A stretch of 61,767 nucleotides of DNA, the filler included, from Nemertoderma westbladi (taxonomy: Eukaryota > Animalia > Xenacoelomorpha): NCBI GenBank assembly GCA_032718475.1. It is 4 parts of 4 records of this genome, joined end to end, with 100 filler letters (N's around TTAATTAATTAA, not from the genome) between each part and the next. Parts side by side here need not be neighbours in the genome. Positions count along the whole stretch, not along the records: positions 30,799 to 45,353 come from JAUCBJ010001462.1; positions 45,454 to 53,989 come from JAUCBJ010000139.1; 2 more parts are not named here. One strand, written 5' to 3'. The translations under genes and the position numbers were made by a program. This document shows positions 39,501 to 50,899 of the stretch, piece after piece (positions within the stretch are counted from its first letter, which is position 1; each line of letters opens with the position of its first letter). A model generated the notes under the pieces. It was not told the origin of the DNA and did not search any database. It worked only from the letters and a program-made list of their open reading frames with translations.

Positions 39501-41033
39501 TTCTCTTGGATATTTAGTTGTAAAATCTAAATAAGTAGTATCTCTTTTCCTTCTAGCTCCTTTACTTGGCATCAGAATTGGTTCTGGTGCTGACCAATAC
39601 TGAATTCGAGTATCTAAGTAAATTTTCGTTCCATTTGGGACACTCAGTCCATCACCAAGGAGAGATGCATTGTAAGAAAACACTTTGGTGGACGAAGATG
39701 GGTTTCTAGGGCTGATTTGGGATGTTGTAAATGTCAACATCTCATCATTAAATTTAAGGGAACCATCAGCTAATGATGTACCATACGGGGGCTGCATACC
39801 ATCCCTCCAGTATAAATCTAACCAAGTACGATTGTCATTAATAACCACTTCAAATGCATCGAAGATAAAATCAGGTTTACCACCAACCTTTACATTTTTG
39901 GCATCAATTGTAAAAGTAGCAACTTCAGCACCATTTCTTGATGGTAGTAGTGTAGTATACTTAACGAGATGTATTGAGGGTCTTCCCACACCCATCATTA
40001 CTTGTCCTAAGAACACAGTCAGTCTAGGAGCATTTACTACATTAGTCTCCTCATAGGATAATGACCCTTTGACAGTAATGACATCACCATAATTCCAACC
40101 CGTTTGCTCCAATACCAAACCAATATATATGTGTTCAACAAAAGAAAATCGACTACCATCAGTAGAATCCACACTATCCGCAGCCAAGGTCTTCAAATTA
40201 AATACAGTAATTTTCTGACCTGGCTTATCAATATTATCCTCTACTACTTTTTGCACTTTATTCAAACCAGCATCAGGGTCATTGTCATCAGCTCTCAAAA
40301 TATAGTCAACAACAAGAGGAATGTGTTCTGTCGTTTTATCCCAAGTAAACTCTATCATCACATTAACAAAATTTCTTATCCAAGGGAGAGCAGATGAAAC
40401 TTGATTCGCACTGCCTACACGTAGGTGTATAATTCTCAGGTTTCCCACGGTAAGTACACCCATCATACTCCCATAGTGGCTATATGGATGGCCTAAAACC
40501 TCAGGTATAAAGGAGATGTTTTCGAATGTTAGTGGATTCATGAGATTGAAACCCAGCTGTGGTCCAGTGTAGGTTACTTCCATTTCAGTGGTTAATTTCG
40601 TGACCTTCGCGTTCTCAGTCACGGAGACTTCGATATTGAAATCGAAAAGTTTAATCGAATCAGAAGTGCTCGAGATATCGATGTTTGCAGTGTCAACTAT
40701 CAGTTGAATTTTCATCGTTATAATATGGAATTGACCTGATCTTGAAACTTGTTTGGCAGTAGGATTTATATGAAGTGTCCAGAAAGGATCACGTACTCCA
40801 CTATCGTACGTTATTTCAGATTTTAGTTGTTCTGTTGTGTCAACGCCAGTTACAGGGTTATCATTAAGATCAGTGGTTGTGTATGTGAACGTATAAGCAG
40901 AATCAGTAGAACCTGCCAGTTTCCATTCGTTTAGGAGTAAGTGAGTACATTCTATTGCTGAAGGCACACTCTCGGGGTTTGATTCAAATGCTTGGCACGA
41001 ATGATCTTTTCTTCTTACCAACGGCATATAGAC
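36546..41033 (-). CDS. EVC2/limbin-like single-pass membrane protein, 4.5-kb terminal exon
   Basis: ttttttccag acceptor; beta-rich ectodomain, RRKR furin-like site, VFP..VHNFAHLFGGLFLGLLIG TM segment recalling EVC2, long coiled-coil tail. Family call is from remembered similarity. Confidence 0.65.
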   Translation of the reverse strand, partial: VYMPLVRRKDHSCQAFESNPESVPSAIECTHLLLNEWKLAGSTDSAYTFTYTTTDLNDNPVTGVDTTEQLKSEITYDSGVRDPFWTLHINPTAKQVSRSGQFHIITMKIQLIVDTANIDISSTSDSIKLFDFNIEVSVTENAKVTKLTTEMEVTYTGPQLGFNLMNPLTFENISFIPEVLGHPYSHYGSMMGVLTVGNLRIIHLRVGSANQVSSALPWIRNFVNVMIEFTWDKTTEHIPLVVDYILRADDNDPDAGLNKVQKVVEDNIDKPGQKITVFNLKTLAADSVDSTDGSRFSFVEHIYIGLVLEQTGWNYGDVITVKGSLSYEETNVVNAPRLTVFLGQVMMGVGRPSIHLVKYTTLLPSRNGAEVATFTIDAKNVKVGGKPDFIFDAFEVVINDNRTWLDLYWRDGMQPPYGTSLADGSLKFNDEMLTFTTSQISPRNPSSSTKVFSYNASLLGDGLSVPNGTKIYLDTRIQYWSAPEPILMPSKGARRKRDTTYLDFTTKYPRETYTFTDTVFCIERLNVFPKEEVHNFAHLFGGLFLGLLIGALLVILFWIVFGCVKKQDEDKKHILKPATEIIEEQTIKSKVKKEKSIKRIRQRATDAVSDRKQVFMFRMETVRNANLIAAAKESFVRVLASQNVQERNKILSNMTFLICQNIDKDLENLYVELLVKGHSIIVNQFKSRANIKSSEIGNALDKFNKEVAGIKENIAKELTDESEKEVEKFARINERSLGRIRLEFEKERSVVKESMKLHHVSQTQKTELLSKMDDEHDWKMEERSQILIWNVLNSHEEIRKRLITKQQNQILLLSKKLIITIIENGSYDGSLSNWIMEEHVNCVNIIDVCLQNEILREKYVLKGRHYVRKHLLFRKNVAVKYHRNILNQMVQQQMGTLHLMKREKRLADHDFVFYERKVNEDVTSLKKEYEVEIVKKEEELNKNETDRLRNQIEVKIIQHNKQIKEFQSGIDPSQVEVGEYVKKHINMLTRQREEIETIVNNSDKESTTAYIKLYEGFVKQIYTKLKASQTSLLSLLTTNNGMSKLEFDTNVSQYDKELTSIMDKYKLDKEVIASKFQKQHSSYNQNMARMLNRDIQNVQNTRDHSITLISELILSQSQMSLDDITEIMNSNISGGLHLMKFGLATESMKRSILMYEFSKQLMSKRITKLQTKQLLQRQQIENELRLKGDKSPFDYNIHLQHTNEMISLLKMRKDFNDEEEEIIESELVEQIGSGHKRSECDLGTSVSLVTLKKARSTSVCYETHSRISSLRLQLLSEINENNGLQNEVVSLVDTHMRDINDIGNNSKPYKVKKTAKVRCNSIDNPVIQEHVLQTTFQQKQQQINKNANTTVLKLREFMILQRLTWYKMISQMNVDRTVDHILNDTIRQCDIHEINLVLKEELKLLANLIQYGKFKDDEIISVLYIVFPENTVTELFKMCVQVILRGSIDSVDKMIAVKLRKRQLLKQILRSKLNEVNSLLENVDKGTEVKNYNGT

Positions 41034-41295
41034 CTGGAAAAAACATAATAATAGAGTTAATAACACAATATTATTATGCTACCGCTCTAAGCTTCGCATT
41101 TAAAATAAATTTAATAATTTTTTTTGAATAAATACTCACAGACATCAAACGCATTAATTGTCTTCATAAAATTAGTACAGATTACAGATCATGATGAAAT
41201 CATGTAACAGTACGACAGGAACTAACTTATTCTCCACAAATATACAGTTAATTTTGATATATATTCTACCATGTTCCCATGCGATATAGTATAAG

Positions 41296-41742
41296 TACGA
41301 GGGGACTTCGCGCAGCACGTAAGTCCATCCAGATGAGCTTTTGCGTAGAGGTACAATAATTATTGGACCTAATTATTCATCCCTAGCGGAAGACTGAGGA
41401 ACTGTAAAAGTCTGTCTGTGAGAAGAATATCTTTACAGCAATGCTCATAGGTCACTCCTACAAAATTTCATATGAATCTGATGGTTGGTTCTATAATTAC
41501 AGCTACTTTTATGTTTCTGTCAATTCGTCCCCTAGCGGCAGACAGATAAACTACAGAAGTCTGTTTATCTGTAGAATTTCTAAACTTTTGATAGACTACA
41601 TGTGTTGTGTACCAAGTTTCCATTTCATCAAAGATAGACAGACTTATTACTTAGCGTTCTAACATTTTCGACACCGACGGACGGGTTCACTAATTATACC
41701 CCTACACTAAGGCTCGCCTGGACTTACGTGGCTCGCCCCACA
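41296..41742 (-). mobile_element. Non-autonomous element with asymmetric subterminal inverted repeats (HINE/Helentron-like or Crypton-like)
   Basis: Ends GGGGACTTCGCGCAGCACG... and ...CGTGGCTCGCCCCACA; inner IR CACGTAAGTCCA/TGGACTTACGTG; same family as 46517-47047. Confidence 0.7.
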
Positions 41743-42896
41743 TATAGATCGAACTTACTAAGTATACTATTTCAATTAAAGTTTTGAAAACTAACTGTAA
41801 AACAGATATCCCCGAAATTTAAGCTATATATATTTCAACAAAAATAATCTATTAAATATTTTTTGATAGACAATGATACACGGTTCACTAATGTGGGGCG
41901 AGCCACGAAGTGAGTGAGCCTTAGCGTAGTGGTACCATTAATCAACCTGTCGTTCTGTCGTGTTCAATTTTAAACGTTAATAACTCGGCCAATCTTTGAT
42001 GAAATCTATCCAAACTTGGTACACATGTTGTTTGGCAAAAGTTAAGAAATTTTCCAAGTAGAATTTCCGTGTGGCCTTCGAGAAGCTAAGATAATAGCAG
42101 TTAATTAGTTAATTAAGTTGATTGCGGTGAAAACGCCATTTTCAACCTGCCTTTTAAAGGAAATTAATTGTTTTACAGTATAACAGTATAAGATTTAAAT
42201 AATTATACTTAAAAATTATACAGATATAATCCCCATACGCCATTCTATTATAGTTTTTAATTAGTTTAAGTGATTTGCTTTAATAAATGTGTCTTTAATT
42301 GATCTAAACGTAATTAAACCGCACAATTATTGAGTACAAATTAAATCCTTCCCATTATTGGTCAAGTCTCTGCTGGTGTGGAGCTAGCTGCTGGGAGTTG
42401 TGGCTGTAGACTAACCTGAGAGGAATTGTAATAGAGGCAACCAGTATTGCTATTCCAGCCCAATCACTGAATTGTGTTTATTATAGGCTGGACGGGCCGC
42501 ATAACCGTTCGACTATTACTACTATTGCTATCTCAGTTAAATGACAGATATAATAACATAAATACAATCCATGGCATGGCTGTTGTAGGCTTCTGAAATA
42601 GTTTATTCCACAATGTATATGTCTGGTTATTTTTTAATTGAATTTTTGCAAAGTAGTAAAATTAATGTTCTTAAAAATAATATTATTATTTTATATGTAA
42701 CCTAGGAAATTAGCTACATTTTTTCGCTGCAGCTTTAAGAGTGTACATTGATTTAATATTATTTCAATACCCATATTACTACATCGGCATAAGATGCGTT
42801 GGCGTTGTATCACACATCTCCACATATCACACATCTCCACATAGATGTATCAACAGTTACTCGCACAGTTTCGAAACTTCGCATAGTTATAACTGT

Positions 42897-43183
42897 ATAA
42901 AGATCGTCAGTCTGCGTTTAGGAAAAATATTTTATGACAAAACAGGACAAGCGACGAGCGCAACGAGGCATATAATGAAGACGAGTACTGCGTTGACTAA
43001 ATTATTATATAAACCACCTGGCTTCACATATTGATCGCATCCCTAGTTATTATTATTATAAAGATCGTCCTAGCTTGCGTTTAAGAAATATATTTAAATA
43101 CAAAACAGGACGAACGCAAAGAGGCTTATAATGAAAACGAGTACTGCGTTTATTATATTCCTATAAACCACCTGGCTTTGCAT
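42897..43183. repeat. Diverged direct duplication of ~130 bp
   Basis: ATAAAGATCGTC...GAGTACTGCGTT...AAACCACCTGGCTT occurs twice. Confidence 0.7.
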
Positions 43184-43786
43184 ATTTAACGTGCGATTGG
43201 AAATAAGTTCGTGCTACCCTTCCGTGGGTGGTAGATGTCGCGGTTATGTATTGGTGGTTGGGAAGGGTGGGGGGGGGGGAGATTAAAAGGGGTGAACACG
43301 TACTGTCCACCTTTCTTTGATTGATTGGTGGTGTGGGTAAATTTCTCAAAACCTGATTTTGTGATACAGTCGCTGCATTTTAATTTGTATATAATAACTA
43401 GGCCTCGTGCTGCGCGACGTCCCCACGAACGTGTTACATCTCTGCCAAAGACACACGTTCGTAGGGCCTTCGCGCAGCACAAGTCTCAGCTAACCCGAGG
43501 AACTGTAATCCGAGTATTTGAAATTTTGTCTACTACTTCGTTAGCTTGTCTCTACAAGTTCTATTTAAGCAATCTACTTTACTCTAACTTTCAGAAGAAT
43601 CTATTACAATAAATTCTATTACAGCTACTTTTACGTTTCATTCATTTCGCCCCCTAGCGGCAGACAGAGGAAAGATATAAGTCGGTACTTGTATAAAATT
43701 TATAATTCAGCAATGCTCATAGGTCACTCCTACCAAATAAATAAAAAAATATTAAATTAAAACATAAATAAAATTATAAAACTCAC

Positions 43787-43950
43787 AGAGATTTGGAGAT
43801 CGGCAACTTTCGCGGGCGGTACGTATATCATTGTTTCTATAACGGCGAGGAATTTCTCATTGAGTCCGACTTTCATCTCCAAACTCCTTCCGTCAGGATC
43901 CTCGACAAATCCGTTGATACCCGCGACCATCACCGGGACATCGCTGAATC
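43787..43950 (-). CDS. Internal exon of the EVC2-like gene
   Basis: gttacag acceptor, GTGAGT donor; phase 1 to 0 links the 44257 exon to the 41033 exon in frame. Confidence 0.8.
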
Positions 43951-44004
43951 CTGTAACAATCAGTTGCGGCGTAGAATAAACAAGGAAATAAACAAACAAT
44001 AATC

Positions 44005-44200
44005 ACATTGAATAAACAATTAATGACGTCGTTGAATAAATAATTTATGACGTCATTGAATAAACAATTCATGACGTTATTAAATTAATAATTTATGACG
44101 TCATTAAATAAACAATTTATGACGACATAGAGTAAAGAATTTATGACGTCATTGAATAAACTAATTGTGATTCCACTAAATTAACAATTAATGACGTCAC
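44005..44200. repeat. Short ~24-bp minisatellite (AATAAACAATTTATGACGTCATTG)
   Basis: About 8 diverged tandem copies in the small intron. Confidence 0.8.
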
Positions 44201-44256
44201 CAATTCCCTCAACACAATGTATTATTTATCAGCTAGTAGATTAAATTGTAACTCAC

Positions 44257-44890
44257 CGACACCCAACTTAATACTGGACGGAGTCAACAACATGACGTCA
44301 CCCTGGCCGTAGTTGAGTCTCGGATTGACACTTATGACGTCACCAACATCCCAAGCCTTATTAGCTTCTAAAGTGAAAGTAACCAACCGGTACACACTGG
44401 GGCCCACATCCAGGGCACCCAAAGACGATTTAAAGATTCGGATACCGTTGGTATTCTCTACTTGCTGTACCGTGAGGGAATCCCACGTGGTAGTAGACAG
44501 TAACTTATTAGAGCTGTCAACCTCCAACACTGTAGTCACGGAAACCGGTATCAACTCAGTTTTCGCCCATTTCAGATCGATCTGTAGTTCGACGTTGCTA
44601 GGCGACCAGCTAGAACCCCCCGGGGCGACTACAGCGAGAGTCGCCGAACGCGGTTCCACCTCGGTTATTATATCTCGCGTTCCGGAGTAGGGAACGTGGC
44701 CCCCGCCGGACTGGGGAACGTTCCCCTGGCCCGGTAGGAGGAACGGGAGGGAACAATAAGGACCCGAGTAGCCTATAGTGAACGTGCGATCGGATGGTTG
44801 CGATAAAAGATCCGATATGATTATGTTATTCGAGCGAATTTTATCGAATATTATCGATTCTCCGGAATTCATTTCTCTATTGACTCGCAA
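44257..44890 (-). CDS. Upstream exon of the EVC2-like gene; 5' boundary unclear
   Basis: Long GC-rich open frame with a GTC G|GTGAGT donor; motifs YSGP, LKWAKTELIPV and WDVGDVISV repeat motifs in the large exon. Confidence 0.75.
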
Positions 44891-45353
44891 CTGAATGCGT
44901 ACGAACTACTTCGTATTGAACCTGCGGCGGTAAAAACAGCAAAAAAAGTTTAAAAACTAAATTATTAATCAGCGAAATAATTGAAAAGATATTTAAAATT
45001 ATTTTTGAAGAATTTCGCGAAAAATTCCAGTCAGTTTAATTCCGGATTTAGACTTAGTATCTTCTATACAATGTTGTATTAACTATTTATACAAACATAA
45101 TTAAACAAATAAACAGTTACTAATTAAATTATTGTGTAGGATCAAAAAACTGAATGTACTTTGCAAAGTTCCCCTAGATGGTGTTGTTATATAGAAAAAA
45201 AAATTTGCTTTTGAACCAAACGGTACAACCGCTGTAGTTTAAGTTTCAAGAGATTCGTTTACATCTATAGAAATTACTTCACCATTGAATTAACAGCTGC
45301 AGTGTAATATGCTGTCGTATAATAATTTGCGGTTAATAAACATAATTAATTAT

Positions 45354-45453
45354 NNNNNNNNNNNNNNNNNNNNNNNNNNNNNNNNNNNNNNNNNNNNTTA
45401 ATTAATTAANNNNNNNNNNNNNNNNNNNNNNNNNNNNNNNNNNNNNNNNNNNN
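45354..45453. other. Assembly gap linker
   Basis: N run with TTAATTAATTAA. Confidence 0.98.
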
Positions 45454-45456
45454 AAA

Positions 45457-46606
45457 AATACTTACGTTTGCAAACTTCCCTGTGTGTAATACTTACGTTT
45501 GCAAGCTTTCCTGTGTGTAATACTTACGTTTGCAAGCTTTCCTGTGTGTAATACTTACGTTTGCAAGCTTTCCTGTGTGTAATACTTACGTTTGCAAGCT
45601 TTCCTGTGTGTAATACTTACGTTTGCAAGCTTTCCTGTTATTATACTTACGTTTGCAAGCTTTCGTATGTGTAATACTTACGTTTGCAAGTTTTCCTATT
45701 ATTATACTTACGTTTGCAAGCTTTCGTATGTGTAATACTTACGTTTGCAAGCTTTCCTGTGTGTAATACTTACGTTTGCACCTTTCCTATGTGTAATACT
45801 TACGTTTGCAAGCTTTCCTGTGTGTAATACTTACAGTACGTTTGCTAGCTTTCCTGTTTGTAATACTTACGTTTGCAAACTTTCTTGTGTGTAATACTTA
45901 CGTTTACAAGCTTTCCTGTGTGTAATACTTACGTTTGCAAGCTTTCCTGTGTGTAATACTTACGTTTGTAAGCTTTCCTGTGTGTAATACTTACGTTTGC
46001 AAGCTTTCCTGTGTGTAATACTTACAGTACGTTTGCTAGCTTTCCTGTTTGTAATACTTACGTTTGCAAACTTTCTTGTGTGTAATACTTACGTTTGCAA
46101 GCTTTCCTGTGTGTAATACTTACGTTTGCAAACTTTCTTGTGTGTAATACTTACGTTTGCAAGCTTTCCTGTGTGTAATACTTACGTTTGCAAGCTTTCC
46201 TGTGTGTAATACTTACGTTTGCAAACTTTCTTGTGTGTAATACTTACGTTTGCAAGCTTTCCTATTATTATACTTACGTTTGCAAGCTTTCCTATGTGCA
46301 ATACTTACGTTTGCAAGCTTTCCTGTGTGTAATACTTACGTTTGCAAGCTTTCCTGTGTGTAATACTTACGTTTGCAAGCTTTCCTGTGTGTAATACTTA
46401 CGTTTGCAAGCTTTCCTGTGTGTAATACTTACGTTTGCAAGCTTTCCTGTGTGTAATACTTACGTTTGCAAACTTTCTTGTGTGTAATACTTACGTTTGC
46501 AAGCTTTCCTGTGTGTGGGGCGAGCCACGAAGTTGGCGGAGCCTTAGCGAATTGACACTGTTAGGGGGTGGGTCAATTTATGCAAATAGTTGTCGTCGTC
46601 GTCGTT

Positions 46607-46657
<51 letters not shown>

Positions 46658-47392
46658 GTCGTCGTCGTTACGATTTTGACATGCTAATAACTTTGTCGGA
46701 TTTAAAGCTGCCAAGTTGAAAATTTGTAGGTATCAATATGAGCAAAAGTTGAGATTTTTGAGAGACTTTCAGACACCATCAGTGCAATGGTCTCCCGCTA
46801 GAGGGCCACATGTCTAAACATTAAATGCCCTCCCATTTCTTTGCTTTTAATCCGTTTAAGCTGAAACTTGGCAGATATGTATTAGACCATTAGCTGTGAC
46901 TTTCAAAGGAGGCGAATCCATGTGCAGTTCTCCAGTGTGCCGCTAGAGGGCCAACGTGACTATTTGCATAAATTGACCTACCCCCTAACAGTGTCAATTC
47001 GCTAAGGCTCTGCCAACTTCGTGCTGCGCGAAGTCCCCACTTCGTGTAATACTTACGTTTGCAAGCTTTCCTGTGTGTAATACTTACGTTTGCAAACTTT
47101 CTTGTGTGTAATACTTACGTTTGCAAGCTTTCCTGTGTGTAATACTTACGTTTGCAAACTTTCTTGTGTGTAATACTTACGTTTGCAAGCTTTCCTGTGT
47201 GTAATACTTACGTTTGCAAACTTTCTTGTGTGTAATACTTACGTTTGCAAGCTTTCCTGAGTGTAATACTTACGTTTGCAAGCTTTCCTGTGTGTAATAC
47301 TTACGTTTGCAAGCTTTCCTGTGTGTAATACTTACGTTTGCAAACTTTCTTGTGTGTAATACTTACGTTTGCAAGCTTTCCTGTGTGTAATA
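45457..47392. repeat. 31-bp minisatellite, roughly 45 visible copies, equal to the netrin exon end plus donor
   Basis: Minus-strand unit TATTACACACAGGAAAGCTTGCAAAC|GTAAG; the first copy is the coding exon end. Confidence 0.97.
46517..47047 (+). mobile_element. Non-autonomous element inserted in the netrin array, with long subterminal IRs and an internal (CGT)n tract
   Basis: ~65-bp IR starting CACGAAGTTGGC.GAGCCTTAGCGAATTGACACTG; removing the element restores a perfect repeat unit. Confidence 0.85.
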
Positions 47393-47555
47393 GGTTTGTC
47401 CACGTCTCTATAATATCCCTCTTGACAATAATGACAATGTCTCCCCGCCGTATTATGTCGACAGTTTTGGCATACGCCTCCGCTTTGCTCACCAGACAGT
47501 TTATACAGCTCCATGTTAAACCGACACCTCTGCGCGTGAAGGTTGCATTGGCAGG
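47367..47555 (-). CDS. Netrin exon encoding the second laminin-EGF repeat
   Basis: [63 protein letters not shown], characteristic of netrin LE2; phase 1-1, 189 bp. Confidence 0.95.
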
Positions 47556-47844
47556 CTAAATAAATTAAATAATAATCATATATTATTTTTTATTTAAATG
47601 GAATAAACATCCATAGTTAATAAAATTATTCTTGAACATTAATGATTCAAAATATTTTACGTTATATATTACCCACGTTATCTTAACGTATAAAATTAGT
47701 TCAACAATTAACAGACAATTAACATCAGCTCCACCAATAATAAGTATGTAACTTATTTATATTATATTTTTAGTAATAAAAATAATATTTATCTGTAACA
47801 TAAAAAAAAGCTAAGAAAACAAAGGCATCAGTAAAGCGTAGCTC

Positions 47845-48225
47845 TATGAGAATGTTAACATCTGGAAAGGAAATCAGATCTCTCCCGTCACCTGAAGACT
47901 AAGTTCTTTCGAGCCACAGTGGAAAGTGTACTTTTATAAGAGGGTGAGACCTAGACACTGACAAAATCATTTGAACAACGAATTGATGGTTACTACACAA
48001 GACTACTAAGGGCAGCCATAAACATCAGCTGGAGACAACACATGACAAACGCCGAGCTTTATGGTACAATACCACCTTTATCAACCACCCTCCGTGAACG
48101 CAGATTAAGATTCAATATGTACTGCTGGATAAGTAAACATGAGGAAATAACAGATGTACTCTTCCGGCAACAAACACCAGGAAAGCGTGGACGACCGGGA
48201 AAAGATACTATAAATTCCAGAATAC
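47845..48225 (+). pseudogene. Decayed RTE-like LINE fragment (3' part of the RT ORF)
   Basis: Broken frame reading ATVESVLL...IDGYYTRLLRAAINISWRQHMTNAELYG...RERRLRF...RGRP. Confidence 0.75.
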
Positions 48226-48983
48226 AGCATGTAACTATTGATATTAGAACTATTGTTTCAGGAATTCTATCTAAGATAAATAACTGGCCCACTAAATTTC
48301 GGGGCTTTGCAGAAGCTTGGCGGGTCGTATCTATAGTAGGTCACGCTATTTTACATTCTGAAAGTAAACTAGAAATTACAGTGTGTTGATATGTCGCCAT
48401 ATAAATAAACAAGTACTGAAGTATGCAGTGCTGGAAAGCTTGTCCTTGTACCGGTAACTGCTGCCTGTGTAATAAACTGCCTAATTTTGTACTGTAATTT
48501 ACACAAAGATAGTATTGGATATCTGAATGTTGATATCAATGGGATCCCGAGGCGTACAGTGACGTCACAACCAATCACAGATCGTTTTCAAATTTTGAAT
48601 AATTTTGAAACTGAAAACACCTATATCTCGGCTATTTTAGCATCTTATTGAATTCTGTAAACGCCATTGTGTTTCTGTGATATTATTGCATCTAATTAAT
48701 CTGGTTTTGAATTTGACTCGTGAACCCCATTGTCGGTTACACTATCGAAAGTAGCGAGTGCTTGGAAATAGGCAACCTAGGCTAAATCAGAAATCGGAAA
48801 ATTGTTCACACAAATAAACCTAATAGAACAGATAAAATTAAATTGATATTTATTAAAAGACTATTATCTCTAAATTTATCTGCTTTTTTGACAGTTTTGC
48901 TCAAAATGGTAAATCAGGTAGGCCTAACACTAGTAGAAGGAATAAATATATAAAAGTATCAACTAATTTAATGACGATGTAAC

Positions 48984-49045
48984 AACCGGGTAACCCGGCA
49001 ACCGGGTAACCCGGCAACCGGGTAACCCGGCAACCGGGTAACCCA
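48984..49045. repeat. 16-bp self-complementary tandem repeat (CAACCGGGTAACCCGG), about 4 copies
   Basis: Seen directly. Confidence 0.85.
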
Positions 49046-50109
49046 ACAATATCGGGAGTTCAGAACATTACGCTCCAAGTAGATGGAAGTTACCAGGTCA
49101 AAGGAATAGAGATTTCATTACCAGACTTACCAAACATGACTTCCATCACAAACTAGGGAGGAGAGCAAATGCAGATTTTGCCATGGCTGTTGTTATGAAC
49201 TTCATAACTCATTATCGTGTCCATATCACCCGCAAATCTGGCATCCACGTAACTTTATATATTTTATATTTTAGGATGTATATTAAATATGACATTTTTA
49301 ATCATCATATTAAGATTAAATATAATACTTTAAAAAATATCTTCTCTATATAAGATCTATAATAGCTGCAATGTGAAAATGTGCTCTACTTCACTGATAA
49401 GTGTCATAACAACTGGAAGTTAATCAAAACGGCGATACATTATTGACTTTTTGGAAGAAAGGTTTTAGATTAAAAAAAATGTATTGGAAACTTCGTGTCA
49501 CAAATTAAATTATACATTGATATTTACAGGAATTGACAGGTATAAAATTGTAACATATTCCTTTCTTATTATTTATAGTTATTTCTTTGTATCATTAATA
49601 TAGTTGAGAAAAGTGCACTTTTCTTTACTAAAATACAAAAAGTGAAGGAAAGTGAAAACTAAAAAAAACGAAAAGAGAGGAAAGAGCAGACAAAATAAAC
49701 AAAATTTAATAAAAAAACTATTAAGGAAATCAAATTAAAAAAATATGAATTTGGCCAACTGTAACTGTAACCCTAATTCCATCACTAAACTTAGTGATAT
49801 ATAGATTACGTATGACTAAACTAGTGGTGGAAAATGTTTCTCTCGTCAAGATTAGTGAAAATAAGTAAACCTGATAGTTAGTAAAATTTGGCCCTCGTGT
49901 ATTGAGTTTTGCACTGATTGGCATTCCGAAAACGTGACATCTCGTGCAAAATTATATTGGATCCAGATCCAATAGTATGTGTGTAAGTAATTGTATGTAA
50001 GTGTTGGAATAAAAATCAATTTAATGGAAAAAATGCCATTTTAGTCTCCAATAAGACCAAATCAGCCTTCAGGAAATGTCTGATCGTAACGGCATAAGTT
50101 CCAGGGAAT

Positions 50110-50400
50110 GCATGCTTGAACATGTGGATGACTTCTGTTACTTAGGATCATGGATCCGAAAGTCATGTGAAGACCTTCGGATACGTAAGGGGAAGATTGA
50201 ATAGTCTGACCAAGATTAAAAGTCAAATAGTATAAAACGAAATCTCAACTCAATGTTCGATTATTTCGGGCAGCAGTAGAACCAGTACCTTACTCCTATA
50301 TGTCATGTACAATGAACTCATCTCCAATCAGACTGTCTACAACATCGGAGGTGTCTCCACAATATTGACACTTGAACGGAGCCGCCTCAAACTTTTTTGA
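50110..50400 (+). pseudogene. Highly decayed RTE-like LINE fragment
   Basis: LEHVDDFCYLGSWI...DLRIRKG and a later RAAVE-like motif, with stops. Confidence 0.55.
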
Positions 50401-50899
50401 ATAAACTTATCCCTAGTTATATCATGAAATCTAGCATTATATTGACTGGACATTGCTTTCGCCGTGCGGACCAGCCAATGGAGAATTTTGTGCTTTCGCA
50501 GCCTCAAGGAATGAATAAGCATGGTGGACAACCCATGACAAATTTTACACAGAAATAAAGATCTAAGTATAAAAACGTATTCTTTCAAATCAAAGATATT
50601 TTAGTGCAATTAATTTACGATCACTCGCATGCGAAAGAGCATTTGCGAAACGCAAGAGAATCGCATGCGACTGCTTCGCATGTTAAAAAAAATTATTAAA
50701 AGTTGAATTATTTCATACCGTATGTAATATTTTCATATATAATATGTAATAGCGTTTTGTTATATATCTTCACTAAACAAATAATAACTTAATATATATT
50801 TAGATGATAAAATGCAGCTGCTATGCACTATGCAGCATGCCGATAGAAATAGTAAATGTTGGTACCGGTATGTAACTAAGATGATAAATTATGACTCAC

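Noticed and set aside
44005-44200. Fifth splice-junction array
   Set aside because: The unit contains neither flanking splice site; only TGACGTCA is shared with the nearby exon.
46435-46719. Poly-Arg protamine-like ORF
   Set aside because: Translation of a (CGT)n microsatellite inside a transposon.
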